DNA of 64,000 bases from Minisyncoccota bacterium (GCA_031291825.1 JARLIG010000009.1:983-64982), one strand, 5' to 3'. Positions 1 through 9,416 are shown, counted from the first letter of the stretch. The notes: generated by a model not told the origin, from the letters alone. Numbers and translations are program-made.

Positions 1-732
1 GAAGCGAACAATCAGAATACTGATATAGATGATGAATATTACCATCCCGAACATCCCATAAAATTCCAGACGCGAATCAGGCAATATACCTAGTTCCGTA
101 AGATAATATGTCAAAGATGTCCATATGAAGAATATAAATAGAAATAATTCAATTCCTGTTCCCATCAGAACTATTTGCTTCTTTGAATCAGAAACTGCGG
201 TGTGATATCGACGAATAAGCAGAACAAAAATCCAAACCATTGCCAGAACGCCAAGCGCAATATAGTAAAACTCAAACGGAAGCCACGAAAATTTAAATGC
301 ATCGCAAGAAGTTATATCAAACCCACTCAGATTAAAAGAGGTGGGAGTAAGAATAAAAATCGGAGCAAGTAGGCTTAGGAAAATAACCTTAATTCTAGCC
401 GAAACATCTTTTTTATCTAAAAAAACATAAATAAAATAAACACAAAAAATTGCAAGCAAACCCAAAATTAGTCCTTGGAAATCCCAAATGAATAATATGA
501 AATCGCTATGGATGTTGGTCCATTCAATGAGGTCAAATACTGTCCAAAATGAAAAAAGGAGAGAGATTGTAAAAAAAAGACGATTAAGTAAAAATTTTCT
601 GCTATTCAAAAAAACATAGAAACCCATGAGAAGCGTAATAAACATCGTCGGTATATACGCGTAGTATAACAGTGCTGGCACACCAGAAGAAAATATAAGA
701 TACGTGGGTGCAGAAAATAAGTAACAAATCAT
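1..732 (-). CDS. Polytopic integral membrane protein (partial; C-terminus lies beyond the window start). Start codon overlaps the stop of the next gene as ATGA
   Basis: Reverse-strand translation from ATG at 730-732 (MICYLFSAPTYLIF...) stays open to position 1. It has at least 6 predicted hydrophobic helices. It is missing from the ORF track only because it is truncated at the window edge. Confidence 0.5.
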   Translation of the reverse strand, partial: MICYLFSAPTYLIFSSGVPALLYYAYIPTMFITLLMGFYVFLNSRKFLLNRLFFTISLLFSFWTVFDLIEWTNIHSDFILFIWDFQGLILGLLAIFCVYFIYVFLDKKDVSARIKVIFLSLLAPIFILTPTSFNLSGFDITSCDAFKFSWLPFEFYYIALGVLAMVWIFVLLIRRYHTAVSDSKKQIVLMGTGIELFLFIFFIWTSLTYYLTELGILPDSRLEFYGMFGMVIFIIYISILIVRF

Positions 733-1196
733 GAGTTTGTGTTGTTTGAATTATTAATAGGACTAGGTTGGGTACTTGGTTCTGTTGTGTCTACTGGTGT
801 CTGACAAATATTGTCATTATCGCTGGTGCTCTTATCACAATAGGTTATAGAACATTTATGGTCACTTGGTAGACACACGTTGGCAGCATCACAATTTGTT
901 ATATCTTGCCCACATTCCTTGTATAAATCAGGCTCATATTTTTGCATTTCGGAATAATAACTAGGTTGCGCACAAGCATCATCACTACAACTCATAAAAC
1001 ACTTCCCCGTCGCTGGATCACATGTGCCTTGATATCCCACAATATAGTCATGTTCAACCATAAATCGATAGTAAGAAAAAACACCAATGAGAATTATAAT
1101 TGGTATTAGAACACAAGAAAGAATGTGGTCACGAAAATATGTGTGTTTTGCTTCCATAATTATGCTATGTAGAGTATAACAAAAATTTAAAGCCAA
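729..1196 (-). CDS. Membrane-anchored Cys-rich exported protein (about 16 Cys) with a Thr/Pro/Ser/Asn-rich C-terminal tail; hypothetical
   Basis: ORF-track translation: one N-terminal TM helix (CVLIPIIILIGVFSYY), then a domain with many CxxC/CxC pairs, then a low-complexity TTEPSTQPSPINNSNNTNS tail. Confidence 0.5.
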   Translation of the reverse strand: MALNFCYTLHSIIMEAKHTYFRDHILSCVLIPIIILIGVFSYYRFMVEHDYIVGYQGTCDPATGKCFMSCSDDACAQPSYYSEMQKYEPDLYKECGQDITNCDAANVCLPSDHKCSITYCDKSTSDNDNICQTPVDTTEPSTQPSPINNSNNTNS

Positions 1197-1223
1197 GTTA
1201 AGGCAGTATCGTGGGGTTGTCCC

Positions 1224-2141
1224 CTATTTCATAAAAAGTATGTACGTTCCGATTCCAGTTATGCAAATAGCAATAATTTTTGGCCAAATGTATTTTGCTT
1301 GTATTTTTTCTGTAGAAATTTTTGGAAGAAAAATCGTCAAAAATATACCAATAAGCATAGCAAAAATAGACTGGAAGGAATCCGTTAGAAGTACTAATGC
1401 AACAGGGGCAAGCATGTACGCAAAAGCAAAAGCAAGATTTCCCAAGATATAAAGAAATTCATTCACAACTCCATAAAACAAAATAACCTTTGAATTGCCA
1501 CGCACAACCGACAAAAAACTAGTCCGATAAGAGCGCATAAATATAAAGATAATTACTCCCACCAAAAAGAGAGAAACGTTTTCCCAAAAAAAAGACCTCC
1601 AGACATTTTCTTCAAGTGCAACCGCTTTGAAGATGACTGAACCTAGCGCCCAAAAGAATGAGGCAGCCAACATTGGTAAAATTGTTTTTGTGCGAAGCTT
1701 AAATTTATTTTCTTCGTCTATTTCAAAAGAGATTATTGTCGTACCAAAAATAATTATTGCCATGGCGAGAAGTTGCAACTTTGTCAGCACCTCACCGAGA
1801 ACAAAATAACTCAGTATATATCCAAAGACTGGTACAAGCTGATAAAAAACTATTACAATCGACGCTTCTTCCTCCTTTAGTGCCAGTAGATAACACCACA
1901 ACACCATTACATTTAAAATACCCACCACCGCAAGAGCAATAATTTGCACACCACCAACAGCAAATACTGTTTTATCTGCAAAAAAACAAACCGGCAATAT
2001 AAGAGCAGCGATAAAAGAAGAAAGGAGGAGAATCGTGCCAACTCCTCCCTTGTGAAAGTATTTATCTAGGAGAACTTTATCTATATGGTTCGTCAGAGCA
2101 TACATGAACGGACCAATTAGCGCTATAAAAAACCAAGTCAT
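1224..2141 (-). CDS. EamA/DMT-family transporter (10 TM helices, two EamA repeats)
   Basis: 305 aa entirely hydrophobic helices with the typical duplicated 5+5 TM organisation; resembles the drug/metabolite transporter superfamily. Confidence 0.6.
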   Translation of the reverse strand: MTWFFIALIGPFMYALTNHIDKVLLDKYFHKGGVGTILLLSSFIAALILPVCFFADKTVFAVGGVQIIALAVVGILNVMVLWCYLLALKEEEASIVIVFYQLVPVFGYILSYFVLGEVLTKLQLLAMAIIIFGTTIISFEIDEENKFKLRTKTILPMLAASFFWALGSVIFKAVALEENVWRSFFWENVSLFLVGVIIFIFMRSYRTSFLSVVRGNSKVILFYGVVNEFLYILGNLAFAFAYMLAPVALVLLTDSFQSIFAMLIGIFLTIFLPKISTEKIQAKYIWPKIIAICITGIGTYILFMK

Positions 2142-2165
2142 GAAATGATTATACTCTTAAATTAA

Positions 2166-2573
2166 TTATTGTATATCGTTATATTTAACTCCTCTTTCAA
2201 CATAATTCATTTCAACTTCTTTGCACTTAAAATAATTTTGGGCAAATTCTTTGATGTGTTCGGTAGAGAATTTTTTACACGAATACACATCAACGGATAT
2301 AAAATTCTTTGGAATTAAAGTATGAATTTGAATTCCGCTTTCGATTATTGGAACCCAGCCAGAAAGACCAGCTTTATCAGGAAATAAAGTAGCATCACTT
2401 CGGAAAATAAAAGGCGGAGACTGTTTGGTCATTTTAAGTGTCGTAACAATATCTTCTAAAAAGTTATAACACAAAGACAAGTCGTCGCAGGCACCCTCTT
2501 TGCATCCATAAAGGTCTAACGTGAGTAAATATCCAAACGGTTCATTTTTTAATTCATTCATAATTAGATTCAT
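2166..2573 (-). CDS. speH: S-adenosylmethionine decarboxylase proenzyme (small bacterial/archaeal SpeH class, pyruvoyl-dependent)
   Basis: Motifs LDLYGC, SGW..IIESGIQIHT (ES-cleavage/pyruvoyl serine context), SVDVYSC and a C-terminal ERG align with ~125-aa SpeH proteins. Confidence 0.8.
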   Translation of the reverse strand: MNLIMNELKNEPFGYLLTLDLYGCKEGACDDLSLCYNFLEDIVTTLKMTKQSPPFIFRSDATLFPDKAGLSGWVPIIESGIQIHTLIPKNFISVDVYSCKKFSTEHIKEFAQNYFKCKEVEMNYVERGVKYNDIQ

Positions 2574-2603
2574 AATATATTATAGTACATAATTAATCAA
2601 ATT

Positions 2604-3509
2604 TTACTGCTTAGCTTTTTTAACAAGAAATTTATTTAAAAACGAATCTGGTTTATATTTTATTTTTGCTTTTCTTAATCCTTGTATTCCTAAATCCTGC
2701 TGCCAATTATAGTATTTAATCCCTTGTTTCTGTAATATTTTTGCTTCTTCTAAATCCAATACATCATAAGCAGAGAGATGATATAATGTATCAGCCTTCG
2801 CAAAGTGAGACATGGCATAATCGTCAGCTAAAATTTCAAACACGGAAAATCCAACCAAAACTTCTTTCACGTATAATGAAATTACTTTTATATTTTTATC
2901 CTTGATTTCAAATAATCTTTCAAACGCCCGATACTCATTTAATTCCGAATAATTAATTATATTTTTATTTTCCGACCATTTTTTAAATATTTTTAAATAT
3001 TCATCTTTGTGTATATCTTGAAATGATTGTTGTTTAATAACGTAATTTGGATATTGCTTTATAAATCTTCTGACTCCCTTGCTTATTGTGTTTTGTGGCC
3101 AAGCATCCATGCTGGCCAAGCGCAACACGGAGTAAACGTAATCACGAGAATCTAGATCAGATATAAAATCAAATTCAGATTTATCTAACAAGCCAACTAC
3201 TGTTTCTGGGACTAATTTTAAGATACCAGTCTTATAATTTTTTTCAGAAAAATCAATTAATTCTTGGGCTGTTTCATTAATCATCTTATCGCCCAAAAAA
3301 GAAAGAAAAGATTTTCCATTCAGATAATCAGTAAACTTAACCACTAAATTGTCATTTAAAATTGAAAAACCCATCTCACCTTTTAAATCCCAAGCCCATA
3401 TATTAGAAAAATTGAAATCAGCATATGGTGGAAATTGAACAGTAAATTTTTCCACATCCTTTTTATCGGCTAATTCAATTCTTTTAAAATCAGGAAATGT
3501 GGGAATCAT
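2604..3509 (-). CDS. DUF2156-family protein (homologous to the C-terminal domain of lysyl-phosphatidylglycerol synthase MprF; GNAT-like fold)
   Basis: Size 301 aa. Conserved C-terminal signature ..IKYYNWQQDLGIQGLRKAKIKYKPD.. matches LPG_synthase_C/DUF2156. Confidence 0.55.
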   Translation of the reverse strand: MIPTFPDFKRIELADKKDVEKFTVQFPPYADFNFSNIWAWDLKGEMGFSILNDNLVVKFTDYLNGKSFLSFLGDKMINETAQELIDFSEKNYKTGILKLVPETVVGLLDKSEFDFISDLDSRDYVYSVLRLASMDAWPQNTISKGVRRFIKQYPNYVIKQQSFQDIHKDEYLKIFKKWSENKNIINYSELNEYRAFERLFEIKDKNIKVISLYVKEVLVGFSVFEILADDYAMSHFAKADTLYHLSAYDVLDLEEAKILQKQGIKYYNWQQDLGIQGLRKAKIKYKPDSFLNKFLVKKAKQ

Positions 3510-3871
3510 AAAGTTTATATCGTCCCCTCTGAATCAATATTAATTTTTGTTATACATTTAAAATGTTTTTCTATTTTTTGAAAAAAAATAAACAACTCCT
3601 CTGTGTGTAGAGATGTGAGACGTCTGATTAAAAAAAGATTTTTACTAGACATTATTTGGTTGTAATCGCTAATCTTTGCCATACCGGCCTTATTTTATAA
3701 GCTCTGTGTACTCGTGCGACTCTGAAAATACTCAAACCAATCATTAGATATTCCCGTTATATAGAAACTCTTCTTTACCTACAAAGAACAATAAAGGGCA
3801 TTACCCCTTATTTATAGCATAAAATAGACATCTCTGCGAGAACCGGACAACTGGAAAAATGATACCAACAA

Positions 3872-4573
3872 CTACTTTGTTTTAGTCGTTGTCGTCGGAG
3901 TTGTGGTGGTGTTCGTTGTCGATTGTAGTTTAAATGACTGCTGGATGAGAGAATCGAGCTCGTCAACGCTATGGAAACCAGTCAGAACATTGTCATCTAT
4001 TACCAATGCTGGCAGAGCGGTATCTTTTATTTTGTAAATTTGGAGCATTGAGGTCACCGCAGAAAGGTCGGTGCTATAATCGAAAGAGTAAACACGCAAA
4101 TCAGGATATTCTGTGCGGAGAGTTGATAATACAAGACTTTCTTGCTGACATAAACTACAATTTTGCGCGGTCGTATAGAAGTAAAGAATAAAAGCAGCTT
4201 TCACTCCACAGCGTGTGGAAATTTGTTTAGTCAAAAGATAATCTTTTATTTCGAGGAGTGAGTAATATTTTTGCAAATAAGAAACTTCCGTGGTATTACC
4301 TAAATTATCCTGACTCCATTGCAACTTATTTCCCAGTTCAGATAATTCATCTGAAAAAACTGAATCAGAAATATCTTTACAGGAAAGTTCGGAGAGCAAA
4401 GAAAACTGTGTCTCTGAAGAAAGCACGTCAATCGATATCTGGTCCTGAATATTTTGCAACTGTTTAATTTTTTGATTACCAAAGTAATTACTCAAATAAA
4501 TCGCTGTCACAAAAAGACCTGCAGTAATCAAAAGCACAATTAAATATTTTTTCCAATCAATATTATTATTCAT
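3872..4573 (-). CDS. Membrane-anchored thioredoxin-fold protein (CSLC active site), extracytoplasmic
   Basis: N-terminal TM helix. C-terminal domain with a CxxC motif (YFYTTAQNCSLCQ) and a downstream cis-Pro-like ALPALVIDD motif typical of thioredoxin/DsbA folds. Thr-rich C-terminal tail. Confidence 0.5.
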   Translation of the reverse strand: MNNNIDWKKYLIVLLITAGLFVTAIYLSNYFGNQKIKQLQNIQDQISIDVLSSETQFSLLSELSCKDISDSVFSDELSELGNKLQWSQDNLGNTTEVSYLQKYYSLLEIKDYLLTKQISTRCGVKAAFILYFYTTAQNCSLCQQESLVLSTLRTEYPDLRVYSFDYSTDLSAVTSMLQIYKIKDTALPALVIDDNVLTGFHSVDELDSLIQQSFKLQSTTNTTTTPTTTTKTK

Positions 4574-4579
4574 AAATTT

Positions 4580-5823
4580 TTATCTCCAGGATGGCTTCCT
4601 TTTTAAAACTGTATTATAAGCTGCTTTTGCAAGCCAAAATGGAGAAACAATACTAAAAACTGGAAAATAGTAAAACATCCCAGCTGAAAGCGCCCATTTC
4701 CCTTCCGCCATCCTGCGTCCGAAAAGCATAGAAAAAAATACTAAAAAGTAGGTGATAATAAATAAGAAAAATAAAGATTGAGTATTGATAAAAAATGGAT
4801 CAAAAACAATCTTCGGATGAATACTAAAACCAACTATTTTATAAACTATATATTTTGAATAGATAAAATTTCCGAAATTATAAAGAATTCGTAGAGAAAG
4901 ATATCCAATTGCGACAACAGAAGCGATACGAGTCGGCAAAGTAAAAACTGAAAAATTTCCATAATCTTTTTTAAAAATCACATCATTGTAATCAATGGTA
5001 TTGTTAAAAAATCCAAAGATCCAACGTACACGCTGACGATAAAGTTTTCGGATGCTTCCCGGTGTATTGGTATACACATAGGCATCATTGCAATGCGCTA
5101 TTTTGTAATTATTTCTCTGCATACGATAAGCTATTTCCATGTCTTCAGTATTGTGGCCATGACGATAGCCACCCAAATCATTGAAAACTTTCTTGCGGAA
5201 AATTGTCAGCGGTCCAGGTGTCACGTCAATTGCGCCCAAGAAATCAAGCATTTTTTTGAAATAGACGCCCATATAGTATTCAGCTCTCTGTGCATTTTGG
5301 ATAAAATTATTATCATTATAAACAGTCACCGAAGGAGCCACTGCCATCACCTCTTTGTCTTTTTCAAAGTAACTCATAATGCGAACCAGAGATTCTCTAT
5401 CAGCAAAGGAGTCCGCATCTAAGCATCCAAAAAATTCAGTTTCCGAATTTTCCAAACCAAAATTAAGAGCGGTAAACTTACCACCATTTTCTTTGTGAAA
5501 AACTTTTATGTTTGAATATTTACTAAAGCGACTAATAACCTTAAAAGTATTATCAGTAGAACCATCATCAATTAAAAAAATAGTAAGTTTATCTTTTGGA
5601 TAATTTAGGTCGAGTAGCGAGCGAACTGTCTTGTAAACAGTCTTCTCTTCATTCCAGCAAGGCACCGTGATGGTAACTTTTGGATAGTGAGCAAGCTTAG
5701 TTTCGCCCTTACGGATAATTATTTTTTTTCTGTTTTCTAGAAAAGTAACGAAAAAAAACACCTGCACATACACAGACAAAAAGATGAATATATATAATAT
5801 GGTGGTTCCTATTAAAGCCATTT
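4580..5823 (-). CDS. Processive family-2 glycosyltransferase (NodC/PgaC/cellulose-synthase-like synthase) with N- and C-terminal TM helices
   Basis: Motifs DDGSTDNT, DAD (DxD), TEDxE and QRVRW (Q/RxxRW), plus flanking TM helices. Start reassigned from 5914 to the Met at 5823, because the upstream 30 codons of the 5914 ORF are a GC-rich terminator hairpin. Confidence 0.75.
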
Positions 5824-5860
5824 TCTTAAGATTAATACTAACATTTTGGGGCTTAAATGC

Positions 5861-5897
5861 AAACCCCGCACTCCGACCTAGGTCGGAGTGCGGGGTA
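5861..5897 (-). terminator. Strong GC-rich hairpin (15-17 bp perfect stem ccccgcactccgacc/ggtcggagtgcgggg) between the DUF378 gene and the GT2 gene; likely an intrinsic terminator or attenuator
   Basis: Perfect inverted repeat in the sequence. On the minus strand it is followed by tttgcattt. It lies between a stop at 5918 and a start at 5823. Confidence 0.45.
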
Positions 5898-5917
5898 GCT
5901 AAAAAAACAATCAAATA

Positions 5918-6235
5918 TTACATCTTTGCTTCTACTTTTTCATCTTTTTTATCTTCAGCAGCACACGCAGAACAAGCAGCTTTACATTTCTTACACCTGC
6001 AACCAAAAATTTTCAACACAGCTGCAAGACCCACAAGGATGTAAACGATACCTTCAACAATTGGCCAATTGCCCAAAACAAGATGGACAACGTTTAAAGA
6101 TTCAAGACCTTGACCCATCAACACTCCCAAACCAACCAAGCCCCAATTTAAACCTCCAATAACCAACAAGACTTTAGCAGTCTTTGCAACTGGACAACAT
6201 CCGCACTTTCCTCCCGCACATTGTAGATTGCACAT
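5918..6235 (-). CDS. DUF378-family small membrane protein with Cys-rich N- and C-termini
   Basis: Core VIGGLNWGLVGL...LNVVHLVLG..IVEGIVYILVGLAAV matches DUF378. Termini CNLQCAGGKCGCCP and CRCKKCKAACSACAAE. Confidence 0.55.
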   Translation of the reverse strand: MCNLQCAGGKCGCCPVAKTAKVLLVIGGLNWGLVGLGVLMGQGLESLNVVHLVLGNWPIVEGIVYILVGLAAVLKIFGCRCKKCKAACSACAAEDKKDEKVEAKM

Positions 6236-6352
6236 ATATATATTTTATTTCGCCCCGACCAAAATCAGGACAGTTAATATGTTAATACTTCTATTATACC
6301 ATACATAAAAAATATGCTACAATGGCGTATTAACAGTTTAATAATAAATCAA

Positions 6353-7162
6353 ATGGAAGAAAATAACATTGAAAATAAAGAAGAATTACCCGTAGCAGAA
6401 GTTACCCCTGTTGCAGAAACTATAGTCGAAAATAAACCAAAAACTAGCCAAACACCAATCGTTAGCGCAATTATTATTGCCGGTGTCTTGATTGCTGGAG
6501 CTGTTTTATTAAGAGGCGGTATTTCTCCTCTTAACGGAAACACCGCAAAAACAGGTACCGGGATTCCAGTCACGACGACTACCTTAGCTCCAATTACTTC
6601 AGCTGACCGAACTCTTGGAAATCAAAACGCAAAAGTTACGCTAGTCATGTATGAAGATTTCCAATGCCCCTGGTGTGGAAAGTTTGTTGGCGAATCTGAG
6701 CAAGTCATCAGAGATAAATATGTCAAAGACGGAAGTGTCCAATTTGTTTACCGAGACTTTGCCTTCTTGGGAAGTTTTGCTCAGCCTTACGTGTTAGCAA
6801 AAGACGAGTCAATTAACTCTGCAGAAGCTGCAAGATGCGCCGGAGACCAAGGACAATTCTGGCAGTATCATGACTATTTGTTTGCTCACCAAAATGGAGA
6901 GGATCAAGGAGCTTTTTCTGTGACTAATCTAGAATCTTTCGCTAAAACCCTTGGATTAAATACTACTACCTTTAATCAGTGTCTAAGCACCAACAAATAT
7001 GCACAAGCGGTAAGCGACTCAAAGACAGAGGGAGAAGCGGCTGGAGTCACTGGCACACCAAAAGGGTTTATATTGGTAAACGGAAAGGTTGTTGATACGA
7101 TTGATGGATACTTACCACTTGCATCAGTTACAGCAAAACTTGACGCAGCGTTGAAAGATTAG
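6353..7162 (+). CDS. DsbA-family thiol:disulfide oxidoreductase, membrane-anchored
   Basis: FQCPWCGKF CxxC active site, a TM helix, a cis-Pro GVTGTP motif and a helical insertion. The ORF opens at 6314, but an extended -10 (tgctacaat at 6318-6326) lies inside that extension, so the Met at 6353 is preferred. Confidence 0.75.
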   Translation: MEENNIENKEELPVAEVTPVAETIVENKPKTSQTPIVSAIIIAGVLIAGAVLLRGGISPLNGNTAKTGTGIPVTTTTLAPITSADRTLGNQNAKVTLVMYEDFQCPWCGKFVGESEQVIRDKYVKDGSVQFVYRDFAFLGSFAQPYVLAKDESINSAEAARCAGDQGQFWQYHDYLFAHQNGEDQGAFSVTNLESFAKTLGLNTTTFNQCLSTNKYAQAVSDSKTEGEAAGVTGTPKGFILVNGKVVDTIDGYLPLASVTAKLDAALKD

Positions 7163-7215
7163 ATATTTCCACCCCGCCCTAAAGGGCACCCCTCAAGAGG
7201 GGAATTTCGATGCGT
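7163..7215. repeat. GC-rich REP-like hairpin unit (gccctaaagggc + cccctcaagagggg). It straddles the convergent stops of the dsbA-like and DUF559 genes. Copy A of a repeat also found at 8098-8190
   Basis: Two adjacent short perfect palindromes followed by a T-run on the plus strand. The sequence recurs inverted at 8098-8138 and direct at 8143-8190. Confidence 0.6.
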
Positions 7216-7666
7216 CTTTTCTTTTGTGTATTGTTTCTAGTACAAGCTGATATACACTACTCATATTTTTCTTAACATCTAAATCCAAAATTCTAACAAT
7301 CTGTAAGTTTAAACCTCCCATAAAAGCATCTCTTTCTGCATCATATTCTAATTTATCGTCATGACTTGAGCCATCTATCTCGAACACCAAACCTAGTTCA
7401 GGAATAAAAAAATCAACAATATAATTACCAATTATGACTTGCCTGTCTATGTCAAAACCGAGCTTCTTTTTATCCTTGAAAGTCTGCCAGAATAAAACTT
7501 CAGCCAAATTTCCAGCTTTTCTTAATTCTTTTGCTCTAGAAATTAAAAGTTTATTCTTTGGAATTTCCCAATATGGATATAAAGATTTAGGATCCCAAAA
7601 TGATTCCCTTTTTGAGGGGTGACTCGACCTTAGTCGAGACAGGGTGGAAAGATTCTTCTTCATCAT
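7193..7666 (-). CDS. DUF559 endonuclease-domain protein (Vsr/restriction-endonuclease-like fold)
   Basis: R..AE..FW...K.....F.RQ..IGNYIVDF......LVFEIDGSSHD......D..RD..M...GL.IVRI pattern of DUF559. The N-terminal ~30 codons include a GC-rich palindrome (ctcgaccttagtcgag), so the real start may be internal. Confidence 0.65.
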   Translation of the reverse strand: MMKKNLSTLSRLRSSHPSKRESFWDPKSLYPYWEIPKNKLLISRAKELRKAGNLAEVLFWQTFKDKKKLGFDIDRQVIIGNYIVDFFIPELGLVFEIDGSSHDDKLEYDAERDAFMGGLNLQIVRILDLDVKKNMSSVYQLVLETIHKRKDASKFPS

Positions 7667-7671
7667 TTAAA

Positions 7672-8082
7672 TTATTTTAAATCTTGCGTTGATAGATAAA
7701 CAAGTCTAGCTACCAATTTTACTTCGGTGTCTGTCTGTAAACCCAATTCTTGAGGTTTCATTACAAATATTTCACTTGATAAACCACCAGCTAACGAGGT
7801 AGAACCAACATGAATACCTTTTACTCTCTCATTTGAAACCTGATTAGCGTATCGTTCAATTTTTTTCATGATTACTGCAATGCCCACCTGTTGCATTCCC
7901 ACATTTTGAAGGTTACTTCTTAAGTTAGATAAATCTAAGCGTGCTTTAACTTCCCCATTGTCTAAATCAACACTACTAACTGTTAAAAAATCTACATTGA
8001 CTATTGATCCTAGTTTAAATTCTTTGTTCATAATTTTATTATATAACAAGACAAAGACAGAATACAAGTGCGTATTTTTCAC
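7672..8082 (-). CDS. Hypothetical protein (co-oriented with the DUF559 gene inside the repeat-bracketed insert)
   Basis: 136-aa ORF with no recognisable motif; likely start at the internal MNKEF. Confidence 0.35.
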   Translation of the reverse strand: MKNTHLYSVFVLLYNKIMNKEFKLGSIVNVDFLTVSSVDLDNGEVKARLDLSNLRSNLQNVGMQQVGIAVIMKKIERYANQVSNERVKGIHVGSTSLAGGLSSEIFVMKPQELGLQTDTEVKLVARLVYLSTQDLK

Positions 8083-8094
8083 CTGCCCTTTGTG

Positions 8095-8190
8095 TTTTAT
8101 TCTCCTCTTGAGGAGTACCCTTTAGGGGGAGGTGGATGAATTTCCACCCCGGCGCAAAAGCGCCACCCCTCAAGAGGGGAATTTTAATCG
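8095..8190. repeat. Array of GC-rich REP-like hairpins: an inverted copy of the 7170-7212 unit (8098-8138) plus a direct copy (8143-8190), immediately 3' of the rpoD stop
   Basis: cctcttgaggagtaccctttagggggaggtgga is the near-reverse-complement of 7170-7210. atttccaccccggcgcaaaagcgccacccctcaagaggggaatttt is a direct copy. There are 5-6 consecutive small hairpins. Confidence 0.6.
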
Positions 8191-9410
8191 AAGTAATTTT
8201 TCAACCTAGAAATCTTTTCGTGCTGGCGAAGCTTTTCGTGTACCTTCGCTTCAATCTGTCGAATACGTTCTCGGGTAACTCCGAACTCTTCCCCTACTCT
8301 CTCTAGGGTATGTTGAATACCATCGAGTAATCCATAACGCATTTCTAAAATTTTTCTTTCTTTAGGATTGAGCTCATCTAAAACTTCCCGAATCTGGTCA
8401 GAAAGAATTCGACGAGAAGATTCTTGGTCTGGACGCAAAATTTTATCGTCTGGAATAAAGTTTTCTAAAGTTGATTTGTCGTCATCATCCCCAACTGGCT
8501 GTTCCAATGAAACAGTTTCTTGGCTAATATTTTCAATCACGTGAATTTTATCAACTGGAATGCCCATTTCGGTGGCAATTTCTTCAGCGAGAGGCTCACG
8601 GCCCAAATCCTGACTAAGTCGGCGATGGGTTTGTTTATATTTAGAAATTGTTTCCACCATGTGCACCGGAATACGAATAGTTCTAGACTGGTCAGCAAGC
8701 GCTCGAGTGATAGATTGACGAATCCACCAAGTCGCATAAGTAGAAAACTTATATCCTTTAGTCCAATCAAATTTTTCAACTGCTTTAAATAAACCTAAAT
8801 TTCCTTCTTGAATCAAATCAAGCAAAGTTAAATTGGCGCTTCGTCCGACATATTTTTTAGCAATGGAAACCACGAGACGCAAGTTTGCTCGAGCTAATAA
8901 GTTTTTTGCTTCCTCATCTCCCTGCTCAATGCGTTTAGCTAAGTCTTTTTCATCACCAGCACGAATAAGCGGATATTGTCCGATTTCTTTCAAATACATT
9001 TGAATGGAATCATGCATCGAACCTTTGTTTAGGTCTTTATCGTTGATTTCGAGGTCTAGATTAAGTAAGTTCCCTCCTTCAAGCACATCAATACCAGCCA
9101 CTGCAAATTTCTCATAAAGTTCGTCCAAAAACAAAATATTGTTTTCAATATCAGGGAAAGTTTTTAAAATCTCGTCATAAGTGATAAAGCCACGCTTCCT
9201 GCCTTTTTCAATAATCATATTCGCCAGACGGTCTAGGTTTTCTGCTTTTTTAGATACTCCGGAAACTTTTTTTACTTTTGCTTTTTTTACAACCTTTTTC
9301 GCCGTTTTTTTCTGTTTTTTAACAGTTTTCTTTTTTAAAACTTTTTTTGACTTAGCTTTCTTAACTATTTTCTTTTTATTTATTTTTTTATTTTTTGTTT
9401 TTTTCTTCAT
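8184..9410 (-). CDS. rpoD: RNA polymerase sigma-70 factor RpoD with a ~55-aa lysine-rich N-terminal tail
   Basis: Regions 1.2-4 are present ([35 protein letters not shown], region-4 [23 protein letters not shown]). It forms a dnaG-rpoD operon. Confidence 0.93.
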   Translation of the reverse strand: MKKKTKNKKINKKKIVKKAKSKKVLKKKTVKKQKKTAKKVVKKAKVKKVSGVSKKAENLDRLANMIIEKGRKRGFITYDEILKTFPDIENNILFLDELYEKFAVAGIDVLEGGNLLNLDLEINDKDLNKGSMHDSIQMYLKEIGQYPLIRAGDEKDLAKRIEQGDEEAKNLLARANLRLVVSIAKKYVGRSANLTLLDLIQEGNLGLFKAVEKFDWTKGYKFSTYATWWIRQSITRALADQSRTIRIPVHMVETISKYKQTHRRLSQDLGREPLAEEIATEMGIPVDKIHVIENISQETVSLEQPVGDDDDKSTLENFIPDDKILRPDQESSRRILSDQIREVLDELNPKERKILEMRYGLLDGIQHTLERVGEEFGVTRERIRQIEAKVHEKLRQHEKISRLKNYFD

Positions 9411-9416
9411 AAATAT

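Noticed and set aside
3510-3871. Possible riboswitch/ncRNA in the 360-nt intergenic region upstream of the DUF2156-speH operon
   Set aside because: I could not fold or recognise any known riboswitch consensus (for example SAM) by eye. It contains a probable terminator hairpin (aagggg-taatg-cccctt, ~3793-3815) and AT-rich promoter sequence. It is left as unexplained rather than called.
5823-5914. Long N-terminal extension of the GT2 synthase (ORF-track start at 5914)
   Set aside because: The extension is encoded by a 17-bp perfect GC hairpin and has no homology to GT2 N-termini. The Met at 5823, directly preceding the first TM helix, is the better start.
6314-6352. The 13-codon upstream extension of the DsbA-like ORF
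   Set aside because: An extended -10 element (tgctacaat) lies within it, so transcription probably starts inside this extension. The downstream MEENNIENK is the likelier start.
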